DNA of 55,559 nt. Source: a virus (Duplodnaviria; Caudoviricetes). Positions 8,955-16,402 of this stretch are shown here, piece after piece (position 1 is the first letter of the stretch; each line of letters begins with the position of its first letter). The DNA lies in IMG/VR virus record IMGVR_UViG_3300037440_000150, positions 1 through 55,559 of that record; one strand, 5' to 3'. The position numbers were made by a program, and so were the translations under genes. The notes under the pieces are model-generated. The model did no database searches, was not told the origin of the DNA, and was given only the letters and a program-made list of their open reading frames with translations.

Positions 8955-9286
8955 GGGGTCTCCTTGCCGAGCAGCAGGGCCGCGAGATTGCAGCCCTTCC
9001 GGTGTCCGATCACCTCCGCATGTAACTCGCGATCAACATTGGCCTGGACGGGCTTTGCCCCGCCGCAAGTCGGGCACACCCTGAGTGGCACGCTGTCGCC
9101 GCCACTGCCATGCGGGCCGGTGACAATGCCTAGCTCGACCGCGCTCCATTCGAGCGATTCGAGCATGGCCATTGCCGCGTCGCGCTCGGCGAGGAGGGCG
9201 GCGATGTCGTCGCTCTCAATCGACACGCCTCGCCGCGTTTCGCTTGTTTTCAGCCACCGTCTCAACCCCGCCCACCTGTCAGCCAT
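8951..9286 (-). CDS. Hypothetical protein (CPTC...HxxxC)
   Basis: Coupled ORF, GGAG RBS. Confidence 0.6.
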   Translation of the reverse strand: MADRWAGLRRWLKTSETRRGVSIESDDIAALLAERDAAMAMLESLEWSAVELGIVTGPHGSGGDSVPLRVCPTCGGAKPVQANVDRELHAEVIGHRKGCNLAALLLGKETP

Positions 9287-9479
9287 GCTCGGCTCCCTTC
9301 GGCTTGATGGCGGAGAGGAGGGTGCGAAGCAGCTCGATTTCGTCAGCGGCCATCAGCATGTAGCCCAACCAATCGCAGGGCGGGGCGTCGTCGCAGTTCT
9401 TATACCCGTCGGCGGCGATCTCTCGCAGAGCCTCCACGATGTCATTCGGCCGTTCACTCATCGCGGTCTCCTTTGTCAA
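9279..9479 (-). CDS. Hypothetical protein
   Basis: LMAADEIE motif common in small phage proteins; true start probably MSER. Confidence 0.55.
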   Translation of the reverse strand: MTKETAMSERPNDIVEALREIAADGYKNCDDAPPCDWLGYMLMAADEIELLRTLLSAIKPKGAEHG

Positions 9480-9536
9480 ACCGTCCCGCCCCGTGTCCGA
9501 GGCGGGTCGGTCGCGCTACGAGCGCCTCACTGGGGA

Positions 9537-9836
9537 TCAGGGGGTGATGCCGACCATTGCGCAGATTCGTGCGTGTCCAGCCTCGGCTTCGTCGTAGGTC
9601 GCGTACCGCTCCTGGTAGTAGTCGTGCTCGCCGCCGATCACCTCCGTCTCGAACACGAGCGGGGCACCGTCAGGTGTGTACCCGTGCTCGGTGCCGAGGA
9701 ACATGGTGGACACCCTCACGTCACCCTCGGAGTCGTTGGCCACGCGGCGGTTGCTGGTGTTCTCGAACCACATCGCCCACTCCATCAGTGTCGCGGGCAC
9801 CAGTTCGCGGTCGCGCAGAATCCACTTGTCGCTCAT
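9537..9836 (-). CDS. Hypothetical phage protein
   Basis: VSTMFLG...PLVFETEV...RYAT.DEAEAGH pattern; AAAGGA RBS. Confidence 0.65.
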   Translation of the reverse strand: MSDKWILRDRELVPATLMEWAMWFENTSNRRVANDSEGDVRVSTMFLGTEHGYTPDGAPLVFETEVIGGEHDYYQERYATYDEAEAGHARICAMVGITP

Positions 9837-10039
9837 CGCATGTCCTTTCGCTCACCATCCAAGCCAAGCCGCCACGCCACGCACGGCGGCCACTATGACC
9901 GCCACGCCGAACAGCGACACGAGCACGAGCGGCAAGCCCGTCACGGGTCGACCTTCGTTCTCGGGTTGCGGGTTCACGCCTCCGTTCATCGTCGTCCCTT
10001 TCAGTCAATCCACCCCGCGAAGGGGCGAGGAGGGGAGGG

Positions 10040-10294
10040 TCAGCGGTCCAGATCATCGCGGAACATCGCATCCCACTCCGTCGGCGTGTATCCGCTGAGG
10101 ATGAACTCTCGCGCGTCGGCCGACACATCGGGGATCGCATCTTGAATCAGCTTGCCGCCTGGGAATCGGGTCGGCTTGAATCGCTCCCACTGGTCGGGCG
10201 TGAGCCGGACCGTGTAGTCCGTACCCTCGCGCGAGATCACCACTCCGCCCGAAAACAGCTTCGTGAACACTCGTTCGGCAGGAATCCCCTTCAC
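10040..10294 (-). CDS. Hypothetical phage protein
   Basis: LIQDAIP...REFILSG.TP.EWD pattern. Confidence 0.65.
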   Translation of the reverse strand: MKGIPAERVFTKLFSGGVVISREGTDYTVRLTPDQWERFKPTRFPGGKLIQDAIPDVSADAREFILSGYTPTEWDAMFRDDLDR

Positions 10295-10551
10295 GCCTCA
10301 CCTCCAAGCTCGCTCGCGGCCACGTTCTCTACCGCCACCGCCAGCGCGTCAAGGGCGCGGGCGTGCTCGACTTCGGTGTGGTTGTGAGGGTACTCGCGGC
10401 CTGCCGGGGTCAGATCGTACCAACCCTTCCCATTGCACCGAATCAATCCTGCCCGAAGCAGCATCCGATCCGCGCCGGGCGTGCAAACCATCGCACCCTT
10501 GCGTACCGCGCGAAGATTTCTGATGATCTCTGCCTCTGCTACGCTTTCCAT
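10291..10551 (-). CDS. Small winged-helix-like protein
   Basis: LLRAGLI...WYDLTPAGRE; AGGAG RBS. Confidence 0.5.
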   Translation of the reverse strand: MESVAEAEIIRNLRAVRKGAMVCTPGADRMLLRAGLIRCNGKGWYDLTPAGREYPHNHTEVEHARALDALAVAVENVAASELGGEA

Positions 10552-10615
10552 CGGTGATTCTCCTAGTGAGTCGCCCGGCCCCCGGCGAGTAACGGCGCGC
10601 GGGGGCATTTGTGAA

Positions 10616-10751
10616 TGATGCGGGCAGGAGTCGAACCTGCTTGACGGGGCAATGCGTCCATCCCCCATCAACTGCTGGATCACCGAAAACTCTCGGCATG
10701 CGGGAGTTGCACCCTCCCCAGCAGTACGCGCTACCGTCGCGCTTCCGCATC
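10616..10751 (-). ncRNA. tRNA-like ncRNA with expanded anticodon and variable domains
   Basis: Acceptor GATGCGG/CCGCATC, D-arm GCGC-GACGGTA-GCGC, T-arm GCAGG-TTCGACT-CCTGC, 8-bp ACTGCTGG/CCAGCAGT stem, long variable stem; intergenic. Confidence 0.7.
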
Positions 10752-10800
10752 TTCGATTGTCAAGCCGCGCCCCAGCCGCGAGGCCGAAGCGCGGTGGAGG

Positions 10801-11307
10801 TCAGGGCTTGGCCTTGGCGATGGCGGCGCGGGCGTTGTTGATCGCGTCGCGTCCTCCCTGCCTCTCGAAATCACGTAAGTCTAGAGTGCTGGCAAGTGTC
10901 TCCGTTTCGCCTACCAATGCCTCGCACGCCGCCAGCAGGTCGTCGTGGGAGTTCAAGCACAGCGCGATACGCGCAGCTCGCGTACCGTCTGTGTCGCCAT
11001 AGGTCACAGCGATTTCTGCGTTGCTGGACTTCACGTAATAGACGTCGATGTCGGTATGGCGTTCTACCGTCACCAGCCCCAGCGTGTGCGTTGCCTTCGT
11101 CGTCGTCATGTCGTCCGACATCGCGATCCCGCACACATCGCGTTCGCCGGTACAGTCGTCGGCGCTGTATTGATTCAGCGCCGCTTGTAGTTCTGACTCG
11201 CTCGTCGTACCCATTTGCTCATGCACCCAGGCAGGGTGCGTATCTCTGACATCGGGAGACAGTGTGACTATTTCATCGCTGCCGTGTCGTTTGATCGTCA
11301 TCGTCAT
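10801..11307 (-). CDS. Hypothetical protein (HDDLLAACE...AIAKAK family)
   Basis: AAGGGG RBS; C-terminus paralogous to 18764..19081. Confidence 0.55.
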   Translation of the reverse strand: MTMTIKRHGSDEIVTLSPDVRDTHPAWVHEQMGTTSESELQAALNQYSADDCTGERDVCGIAMSDDMTTTKATHTLGLVTVERHTDIDVYYVKSSNAEIAVTYGDTDGTRAARIALCLNSHDDLLAACEALVGETETLASTLDLRDFERQGGRDAINNARAAIAKAKP

Positions 11308-11399
11308 GGTCATCCCCTTGTGTTCGCGGTTCGGACAATCCCGGCCCGCGCCAGTTACGGCGCGGGCGGGAGCGTGGCGCGTGAGCGCCTCACAAGGGA

Positions 11400-11750
11400 T
11401 CATTCGCCGTAGACCTCGATGCCCGGCTCGTACGCGCGGGCCTCGGCCTCGGTCATCGGGCCGTGATAGATCGCATCGCCGTTGTAGCGAGGCGTGGTGA
11501 CGTGCTCGGGCCAGTCGACCACAAACCACCGCTGGGCGATCATGGAGTAATCCTCGGACTCCAAACGCAGGGCCTCGGCCTCCAGGGCGCACAACTCGTC
11601 GCCCGGCTCCATGTCTCGCATCTCGACCTCCAGCGTGTCGAGCTGGGTACTCTGCCACCCGATCACCTCGCGCCAGTTGCTGTCCGTGTGGCGCTCGATC
11701 ATGCCGAGCATGTCCGACCCGAGTACCGCAATCTTCGTGTGCTTCGCCAT
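11400..11750 (-). CDS. Hypothetical protein
   Basis: Shared 19-bp leader containing AAGGGG RBS. Confidence 0.6.
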   Translation of the reverse strand: MAKHTKIAVLGSDMLGMIERHTDSNWREVIGWQSTQLDTLEVEMRDMEPGDELCALEAEALRLESEDYSMIAQRWFVVDWPEHVTTPRYNGDAIYHGPMTEAEARAYEPGIEVYGE

Positions 11751-11824
11751 TCCGTTTCCCCTTGTGGCCGGACGCCATGCCCGGCAAGCCCAGCCCCAGC
11801 CAGTCAAGGCGGGGGCGGGTGTGG

Positions 11825-12097
11825 TCAGGCGAGGACGGGCGGGTTCGATGCTTCCTTGGCGGCCTCAATCCCAGCCAGCATCATCGACGCCGCAAACGTC
11901 TGCTCGGCGACGTGACCCATACCGCACGCGAGCGCTTCTCGCGCATCGCCCAGGGCATCGGGCAGCTTGATCTTCACCCACGATCGGATGCACTCACTGA
12001 GGGCGGTCATGTCGGCCGTCAGGCCATGCACCCGCAGATACTCGATCGCGCCTTGAGAGGCGATTCGACACGCCGTTGCCGCCAGTTCGTTGTCCAT
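11825..12097 (-). CDS. Hypothetical protein
   Basis: First gene after promoter at 12165; shared leader. Confidence 0.65.
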   Translation of the reverse strand: MDNELAATACRIASQGAIEYLRVHGLTADMTALSECIRSWVKIKLPDALGDAREALACGMGHVAEQTFAASMMLAGIEAAKEASNPPVLA

Positions 12098-12136
12098 TCG
12101 TTTCCCCTTGTGGCCGGCCGCATTGCCGACTACACG

Positions 12137-12165
12137 AGACTACACCACCTTCGGCCACCGGTCAA
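12137..12165 (-). promoter_or_regulatory. Sigma70-like promoter TTGACC-N17-TAGTCT
   Basis: Exact 17-bp spacing; overlapped by phased ACTAC boxes at 12129 and 12139. Confidence 0.7.
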
Positions 12166-12236
12166 AGGTATATGCAAGAATCTTGTGTAGATTCTTGAGA
12201 ATGCTCATTCAAAGGGAAGAAAAAGGAGCCCGAAAC

Positions 12237-12548
12237 TCAATCGACCGGAGGTCTCGGAGCATCACGAACGAACTCGCCCTGCTCCGGCCCGTCGTCAGGC
12301 TCAAGCCCCATTCGCTGCCGAAGGTCGCGCCGGCTCACCTCGATAGGATCGATCCCGCGAGCACGAGCCATGGCCCTCAACTCACTCCTGGCACGCCTGA
12401 GCGATCCACCCACCCAGTAGTTCAGCCAGTCACCACGAGTCAATGGAAGCACCCTCACCAACGCTCGGCACTGGCGGAGTACCTCGACCTCATCCGTCGT
12501 CAGCCGGATGTTGCACTGACGCCAGCGGTGAGGCAGACTATGACGCAT
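12237..12548 (-). CDS. Hypothetical protein, possible RHH-like DNA binder
   Basis: CNIRLTTDEVEVL pattern; start uncertain. Confidence 0.4.
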   Translation of the reverse strand: MRHSLPHRWRQCNIRLTTDEVEVLRQCRALVRVLPLTRGDWLNYWVGGSLRRARSELRAMARARGIDPIEVSRRDLRQRMGLEPDDGPEQGEFVRDAPRPPVD

Positions 12549-13212
12549 GTACCAATGGTAGCTGCAAAAGGCACCAACCACGATTCTGAGACAGTGAGTA
12601 GGTGGGAAGCCATCCTCCCGCACACTTTCGTGCCGCTTTCGGCCCCCTTCCCACGGAGTTGTGGCGAGGTGACCGGCGCTCCTGTCCGTTCGTGCCAACA
12701 GTGTGCCAACCGTGCAGCTAAGTTGTTGGGTGGCAAGGGATGACAGTCAGCTTGCATAGCTGGATGTCGATGGCCCCACCAGGTCAGCATGAGGCGTCGT
12801 GTGAGCGTAAGTGCATGGTATGGCGTGGGTTGCGTCTGTTGTTGGCGGTGTGGTGATGGTCGCCGGCTGGCAGGGGCCGATTGGCTACCCGGCCCCACCC
12901 CCAAGGGGGGCCTCCATCATGAGGTCATATCCCCACTCTCACAACTGCTGCCCGTTTCCCGGATTTGGACCAGAGTCCGAACGTGGGATTGTTTCCCAGA
13001 AGTCGATTGCCGGTTTCTGGACGTTCGGATGATTTTTGAGGTTCGTTCAGCGCGCATTGACGCGTATTTGAGCCTGCGGCATTTTTCGATTTGACCGGGG
13101 CACTGGGCTTTCTTCTGACCATGCTTTTGGGCATGGCTGTTCATCATCGCCCCGTTTCCCAGCGGCAGTCCTGCGGTCCACGCAGTCCGGTCGCATCGCC
13201 GAAGTTGGGTGC

Positions 13213-13584
13213 TCACACTTCCGTTGGGTGAGCTTGTGCGGCCTTCGGGAGCCGTATCAGGATCGCGTCTTCGTCCTGGGGTTCGAGCGTTGCGGCGTAG
13301 GCCAGGATCGTGGGAATGTGTCGGTGGTCGTGGCTGGAGAGTTTGCCGGCGTTTCCGTTCAGGGCGCGGCGGCAGAAGGTGGCGACGCGGTAGGCGTCGG
13401 CGAAGGGGAGGTCGGCGAAGTGTCGTTGGATCTGTTCGAGGCGGTCGGATTCGGCCTTGACGCCTCGGGTATTGAGTTCGATGAACTTCGCTTTGGAGAT
13501 CGCGTCGTGTCGTAGGAGTCGTGGGTTGTCGGCCATGAGTCCGGCTGCAATCCCTCGCACCCGAGCCCATTGGGCATCGGTCAT
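13213..13584 (-). CDS. Hypothetical protein
   Basis: ORF downstream of promoter at 13733; start uncertain. Confidence 0.5.
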   Translation of the reverse strand: MTDAQWARVRGIAAGLMADNPRLLRHDAISKAKFIELNTRGVKAESDRLEQIQRHFADLPFADAYRVATFCRRALNGNAGKLSSHDHRHIPTILAYAATLEPQDEDAILIRLPKAAQAHPTEV

Positions 13585-13704
13585 GGGTAGCTGCTTTCGC
13601 CGACGTGATCTAGCCATCCTGATCCTGCGCAAACGACCGCACCCGCGGGCTTCAGGGGCGCGGTGCACGGTCGGTTGTTGTCATGGTTCCTGAAGCCATG
13701 CCTG

Positions 13705-13733
13705 AGACTACCCGCGTAGCCCGGCGTGGTCAA
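13705..13733 (-). promoter_or_regulatory. Sigma70-like promoter TTGACC-N17-TAGTCT
   Basis: Same hexamers as 12165; contains ACTAC-N4-GTAGC-N5-GTGGT. Confidence 0.65.
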
Positions 13734-13777
13734 GTCGGCCGGTAGTTTCCTGTGGTTCCACGTGGAACCTCCAGCGA

Positions 13778-13999
13778 TCAGCGTAGGACGATTTCCCATT
13801 TCTGGCGCCCCTGGAGGTCTTTCCCGATCCACTTCTCGACTGTGCCGTCGGAGGCGATTCGGTAGAAGCTGCCATCGACGATTTCGAGGTCGGTGTAGGT
13901 GGTGGTGGGCTGGGAAGGGGCGGTTGCGGCCAGGATGGGGATGCCGATCAAGGCGACCAGCGTGATGGCGACGCATAACCGGATGGGTTTGTCCTTCAT
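13778..13999 (-). CDS. Small exported/membrane protein
   Basis: N-terminal basic plus hydrophobic signal-like segment; AGGAG RBS. Confidence 0.6.
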   Translation of the reverse strand: MKDKPIRLCVAITLVALIGIPILAATAPSQPTTTYTDLEIVDGSFYRIASDGTVEKWIGKDLQGRQKWEIVLR

Positions 14000-14331
14000 T
14001 TCTTCTCTCCTGCGGGGTCAGACATGGATTCGCTGACGATGCGGATGGAGCCGTAGGTGAAATCGGGATTCTCCCTGATGGGGATTCCGATGAGCGCGAT
14101 GGTTGTAGTGTCGTCAAAGACTTGGAATCCGTACGTGTCCTTTAGCGCGATCTTGAACTCTTCGATGGACCAGACTTCAAAGACTCGGCCCTGTGCGGGT
14201 CTGGACTGTTCTTTGAAACGCTGGACAGCGTTCCTGACGTCGTTGATGCAAATGTACGGGACGTCGGGGTTTGCGCACATGAGCCGGCAGAAATCGTCGA
14301 TGTCGGCGCGGCTGAAGTTGTGGTTACTCAT
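13996..14331 (-). CDS. Hypothetical protein
   Basis: Coupled ORF, AGGAG RBS. Confidence 0.6.
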   Translation of the reverse strand: MSNHNFSRADIDDFCRLMCANPDVPYICINDVRNAVQRFKEQSRPAQGRVFEVWSIEEFKIALKDTYGFQVFDDTTTIALIGIPIRENPDFTYGSIRIVSESMSDPAGEKK

Positions 14332-14627
14332 CTCTGCTCCTGCCTCTTCGGTGCTTTCTCGATCTTGTCGGCGAGGTACTCGGCTCCGCGCCGGATGTAT
14401 TGGTCGGTGGCGTCGTCGTCGACTTCCACCACGACGACGAAGAGGCCGCGTGTGAAGTGTACCAGCGTGGTGGACGAGCCGTCGTAGTCGTAGTAGGGCC
14501 TGATGGTGACCTCGTCGGGTATCGCACCGGCGGCTTCGAGGATCGGCATCGCGACTCGGCTGACGTGCTCGGCGCGGTTCTGCCGGTTGATGGCGTGCCG
14601 GATTCGTTTGACGCTGAGCTTGGTCAT
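14328..14627 (-). CDS. Hypothetical protein
   Basis: AGGAG RBS; divergent from TIGR locus. Confidence 0.6.
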   Translation of the reverse strand: MTKLSVKRIRHAINRQNRAEHVSRVAMPILEAAGAIPDEVTIRPYYDYDGSSTTLVHFTRGLFVVVVEVDDDATDQYIRRGAEYLADKIEKAPKRQEQR

Positions 14628-14681
14628 GGCGGTCTCCTGAACCACACCGTACTACGTTGGTGGTCGGGGCTTCGACGCGAG

Positions 14682-14710
14682 TTGACTACGGGCGACCACC
14701 AGTGTAGTCT
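14682..14710 (+). promoter_or_regulatory. Promoter for TIGR-Tas unit, TTGACT-N17-TAGTCT
   Basis: -35 at 14682-14687, -10 at 14705-14710; followed by 10-bp leader stem (14717-14726 / 14760-14769). Confidence 0.7.
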
Positions 14711-14790
14711 AGGGGCGTGCGACCGTACCCGAACACCAGAATATGCCGCCGCGTGCGCAACGGTCGCACAGCCAGCGCCGTGGCGGCTCA

Positions 14791-15070
14791 GCCAGACGAA
14801 GTGATCGAACATGAGCCGAGAGCGAGCCAGAGATTCAGATTGAACAGAATCGATGAGCGAGCCATCACGCACGATTGCACAAACCGTGAGAGCGGAGCCA
14901 CTATCGCGGATTGAACATTCACAGTGAGCGAGCCACGATTTGGGATTGAATAGGAAAGGGAAGCGAGCCACACGCGGAGATTGAATACACCTCGGGAGCG
15001 AGCCAGTCGTTCGGATTGAACAGAGGACACGAGCGAACCAGATTCCACGATTGCACTTTTGAACGGAGTG
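14791..15070 (+). ncRNA. TIGR-like dual-repeat guide array, upstream half (7 full units plus 1 degenerate)
   Basis: GAGCGAGCCA-N8-GATTGAACA-N8 period; first repeat at 14820, 14855, 14890, 14926, 14961, 14996, 15031. Confidence 0.88.
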
Positions 15071-15073
15071 AAA

Positions 15074-15919
15074 ATGACCACAGCAGAGACCATGACGCGA
15101 CTACAGGAACTCGACAAGGCCGTCAAGCTCGACACCGGCAAGGCCGGGCGGCTTCTCGGGCGACAGGAAGCACGCTTCCTCGTCGATGCGTACTACCAGA
15201 TTCAGGACAACCGCAAGCGATCCGACGCGCAATCGCGCACGCTCGCGGAGGCCGGCGAACCACACACGGTCATCGACTACCTCGGCGAGATGTCGCGCGA
15301 GTTCGAGACGATGATTAAGGGCCATCTCAATCGCTACTCCAAGGCGCACCCTGTCGGCGCATGGTCGCGCGAGCAGAAGGGCATCGGGCCAGTGACCGCA
15401 TCCGGGTTGCTCGCTCACATCGACATCGAACGCGCACCCACGGCGGGCCATATCTGGCGGTTCGCCGGACTTGACCCGACGGTCGAGTGGAAGAAGGGCG
15501 AGAAGCGTCCCTGGAACGCCAAGCTCAAGGTGGTGTGCTTCCACATCGGCGAGTCGTTCGTGAAGATCCACACGCGGCCCGACGCCTACTACGGCGATCT
15601 GTGGGCGCAGCGCAAGGCGTGGGAGACGGAGCAGAACGAGGCTGGGAAGTACGCCGACGCTGCCGTGGCCAAGCTGGAGAAGTTCAAGATCGGGAAGGAC
15701 ACGGAGGCGTACAAGCACTACTCGGCTGGTCGTCTGCCGCCCGCCCACGTTCACGCGCGTAGCAAGCGCTGGGTGGTGAAGCTGTTTCTGTCACACTGGC
15801 ACCACGTCGCGTACCAGGATCGCTACGGGAAGCCGCCGCCGCGTCCGTACGTGATCGAGCACATGAACCACGTCGATCTGACCTACCCGCCTGGGTGGGA
15901 AGCCATGTCTCCGGATTGA
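15074..15919 (+). CDS. tasA: TasA-like Nop-domain RNA-guided protein (IS110/Nop58-related, no nuclease domain)
   Basis: LVDAYYQIQDNR coiled coil, KGIGPVTA...IWRFAGLDP, HARSKR...KLFLSHW...PPRPY; no N-terminal DEDD RuvC or HNH; flanked by array. Confidence 0.85.
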   Translation: MTTAETMTRLQELDKAVKLDTGKAGRLLGRQEARFLVDAYYQIQDNRKRSDAQSRTLAEAGEPHTVIDYLGEMSREFETMIKGHLNRYSKAHPVGAWSREQKGIGPVTASGLLAHIDIERAPTAGHIWRFAGLDPTVEWKKGEKRPWNAKLKVVCFHIGESFVKIHTRPDAYYGDLWAQRKAWETEQNEAGKYADAAVAKLEKFKIGKDTEAYKHYSAGRLPPAHVHARSKRWVVKLFLSHWHHVAYQDRYGKPPPRPYVIEHMNHVDLTYPPGWEAMSPD

Positions 15920-16326
15920 ACACGTATCAAGAGCGAGCCATCCGACGCGATTGAACATCGGCATCGAGCGAGCCAAGTCCCGTGATCGAACAGAACTTGG
16001 GAGCGAGCCACATGCCGAGATTGAACAGACTGCATGAGCGAGCCACGCTCCTCGATTGAACAGCCACGACGAGCGAGCCACAAGTTGAGATTGAACAGAT
16101 GGACTGAGCGAGCCATCTATGCTGATTGAACACGCACGGCGAGCGAGCCAGAGCGGGGGATTGAGCAAATACGCAGAGCGAGCCACGAATCGTGATTGAA
16201 CAGGAGATCCGAGCGAGCCACCGTTCATTGATTGAACAGGGTGCAAGAGCGAGCCATGTGGCGGGATTGAACAGATGCAGAGAGCGAGTCAGCGCTGGAG
16301 ATTGAACATGACCCCTGAGCGAGCCC
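15901..16326 (+). ncRNA. TIGR-like dual-repeat guide array, downstream half (12 units)
   Basis: GAGCGAGCCA at 15931, 15966, 16001, 16036, 16071, 16106, 16141, 16176, 16211, 16247, 16282, 16317; alternating GATTGAACA; all spacers differ. Confidence 0.9.
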
Positions 16327-16347
16327 CGGGTTTCGGCCCGGGGTTTT
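16324..16347 (+). terminator. Rho-independent terminator closing the array
   Basis: CCCCGGG-TTTCGG-CCCGGGG followed by TTTT. Confidence 0.75.
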
Positions 16348-16366
16348 CTACTCCAGACCCCCTCAA

Positions 16367-16395
16367 ACTACGCCTGTAGCCTGACGTGGTACAAT
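16367..16395 (+). promoter_or_regulatory. Extended -10 promoter (TGGTACAAT) and operator for terminase, likely leaderless
   Basis: TACAAT 16390-16395, ATG at 16403, no SD; ACTAC-N4-GTAGC-N5-GTGGT overlaps it. Confidence 0.55.
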
Positions 16396-16402
16396 CCGGT
16401 CG

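Noticed and set aside
10616-10751. Ordinary tRNA, tRNA-Sec or tmRNA
   Set aside because: No canonical anticodon arm or UCA loop, no G3:U70 pair or tag ORF, and the insert is too short for a group I intron
15059-15919. IS110 transposase / bridge-RNA element
   Set aside because: Shares the GIG/AGL.P region but lacks the N-terminal DEDD RuvC domain and the catalytic Ser-Gly after GLxP; the flanks are periodic dual-repeat arrays
14830-16035. Partial complementarity between some spacers (TCACG/CGTGA, GATTC/GAATC, TCGGCAT/ATGCCGA)
   Set aside because: Short, inconsistent register and absent from most units; cannot be distinguished from chance without a shuffle test
14624-16246. Minus-strand ORFs over the arrays (14624..14971, 14788..15141, 15791..16246, 15883..16116) and 15927..16133
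   Set aside because: Periodic WLAR/GSL/VQS peptides are by-products of the DNA repeats; no RBS support
14791-16326. CRISPR array
   Set aside because: Two alternating 9-10-nt repeats with 8-nt spacers rather than one 25-40-nt repeat with about 30-nt spacers; no cas genes
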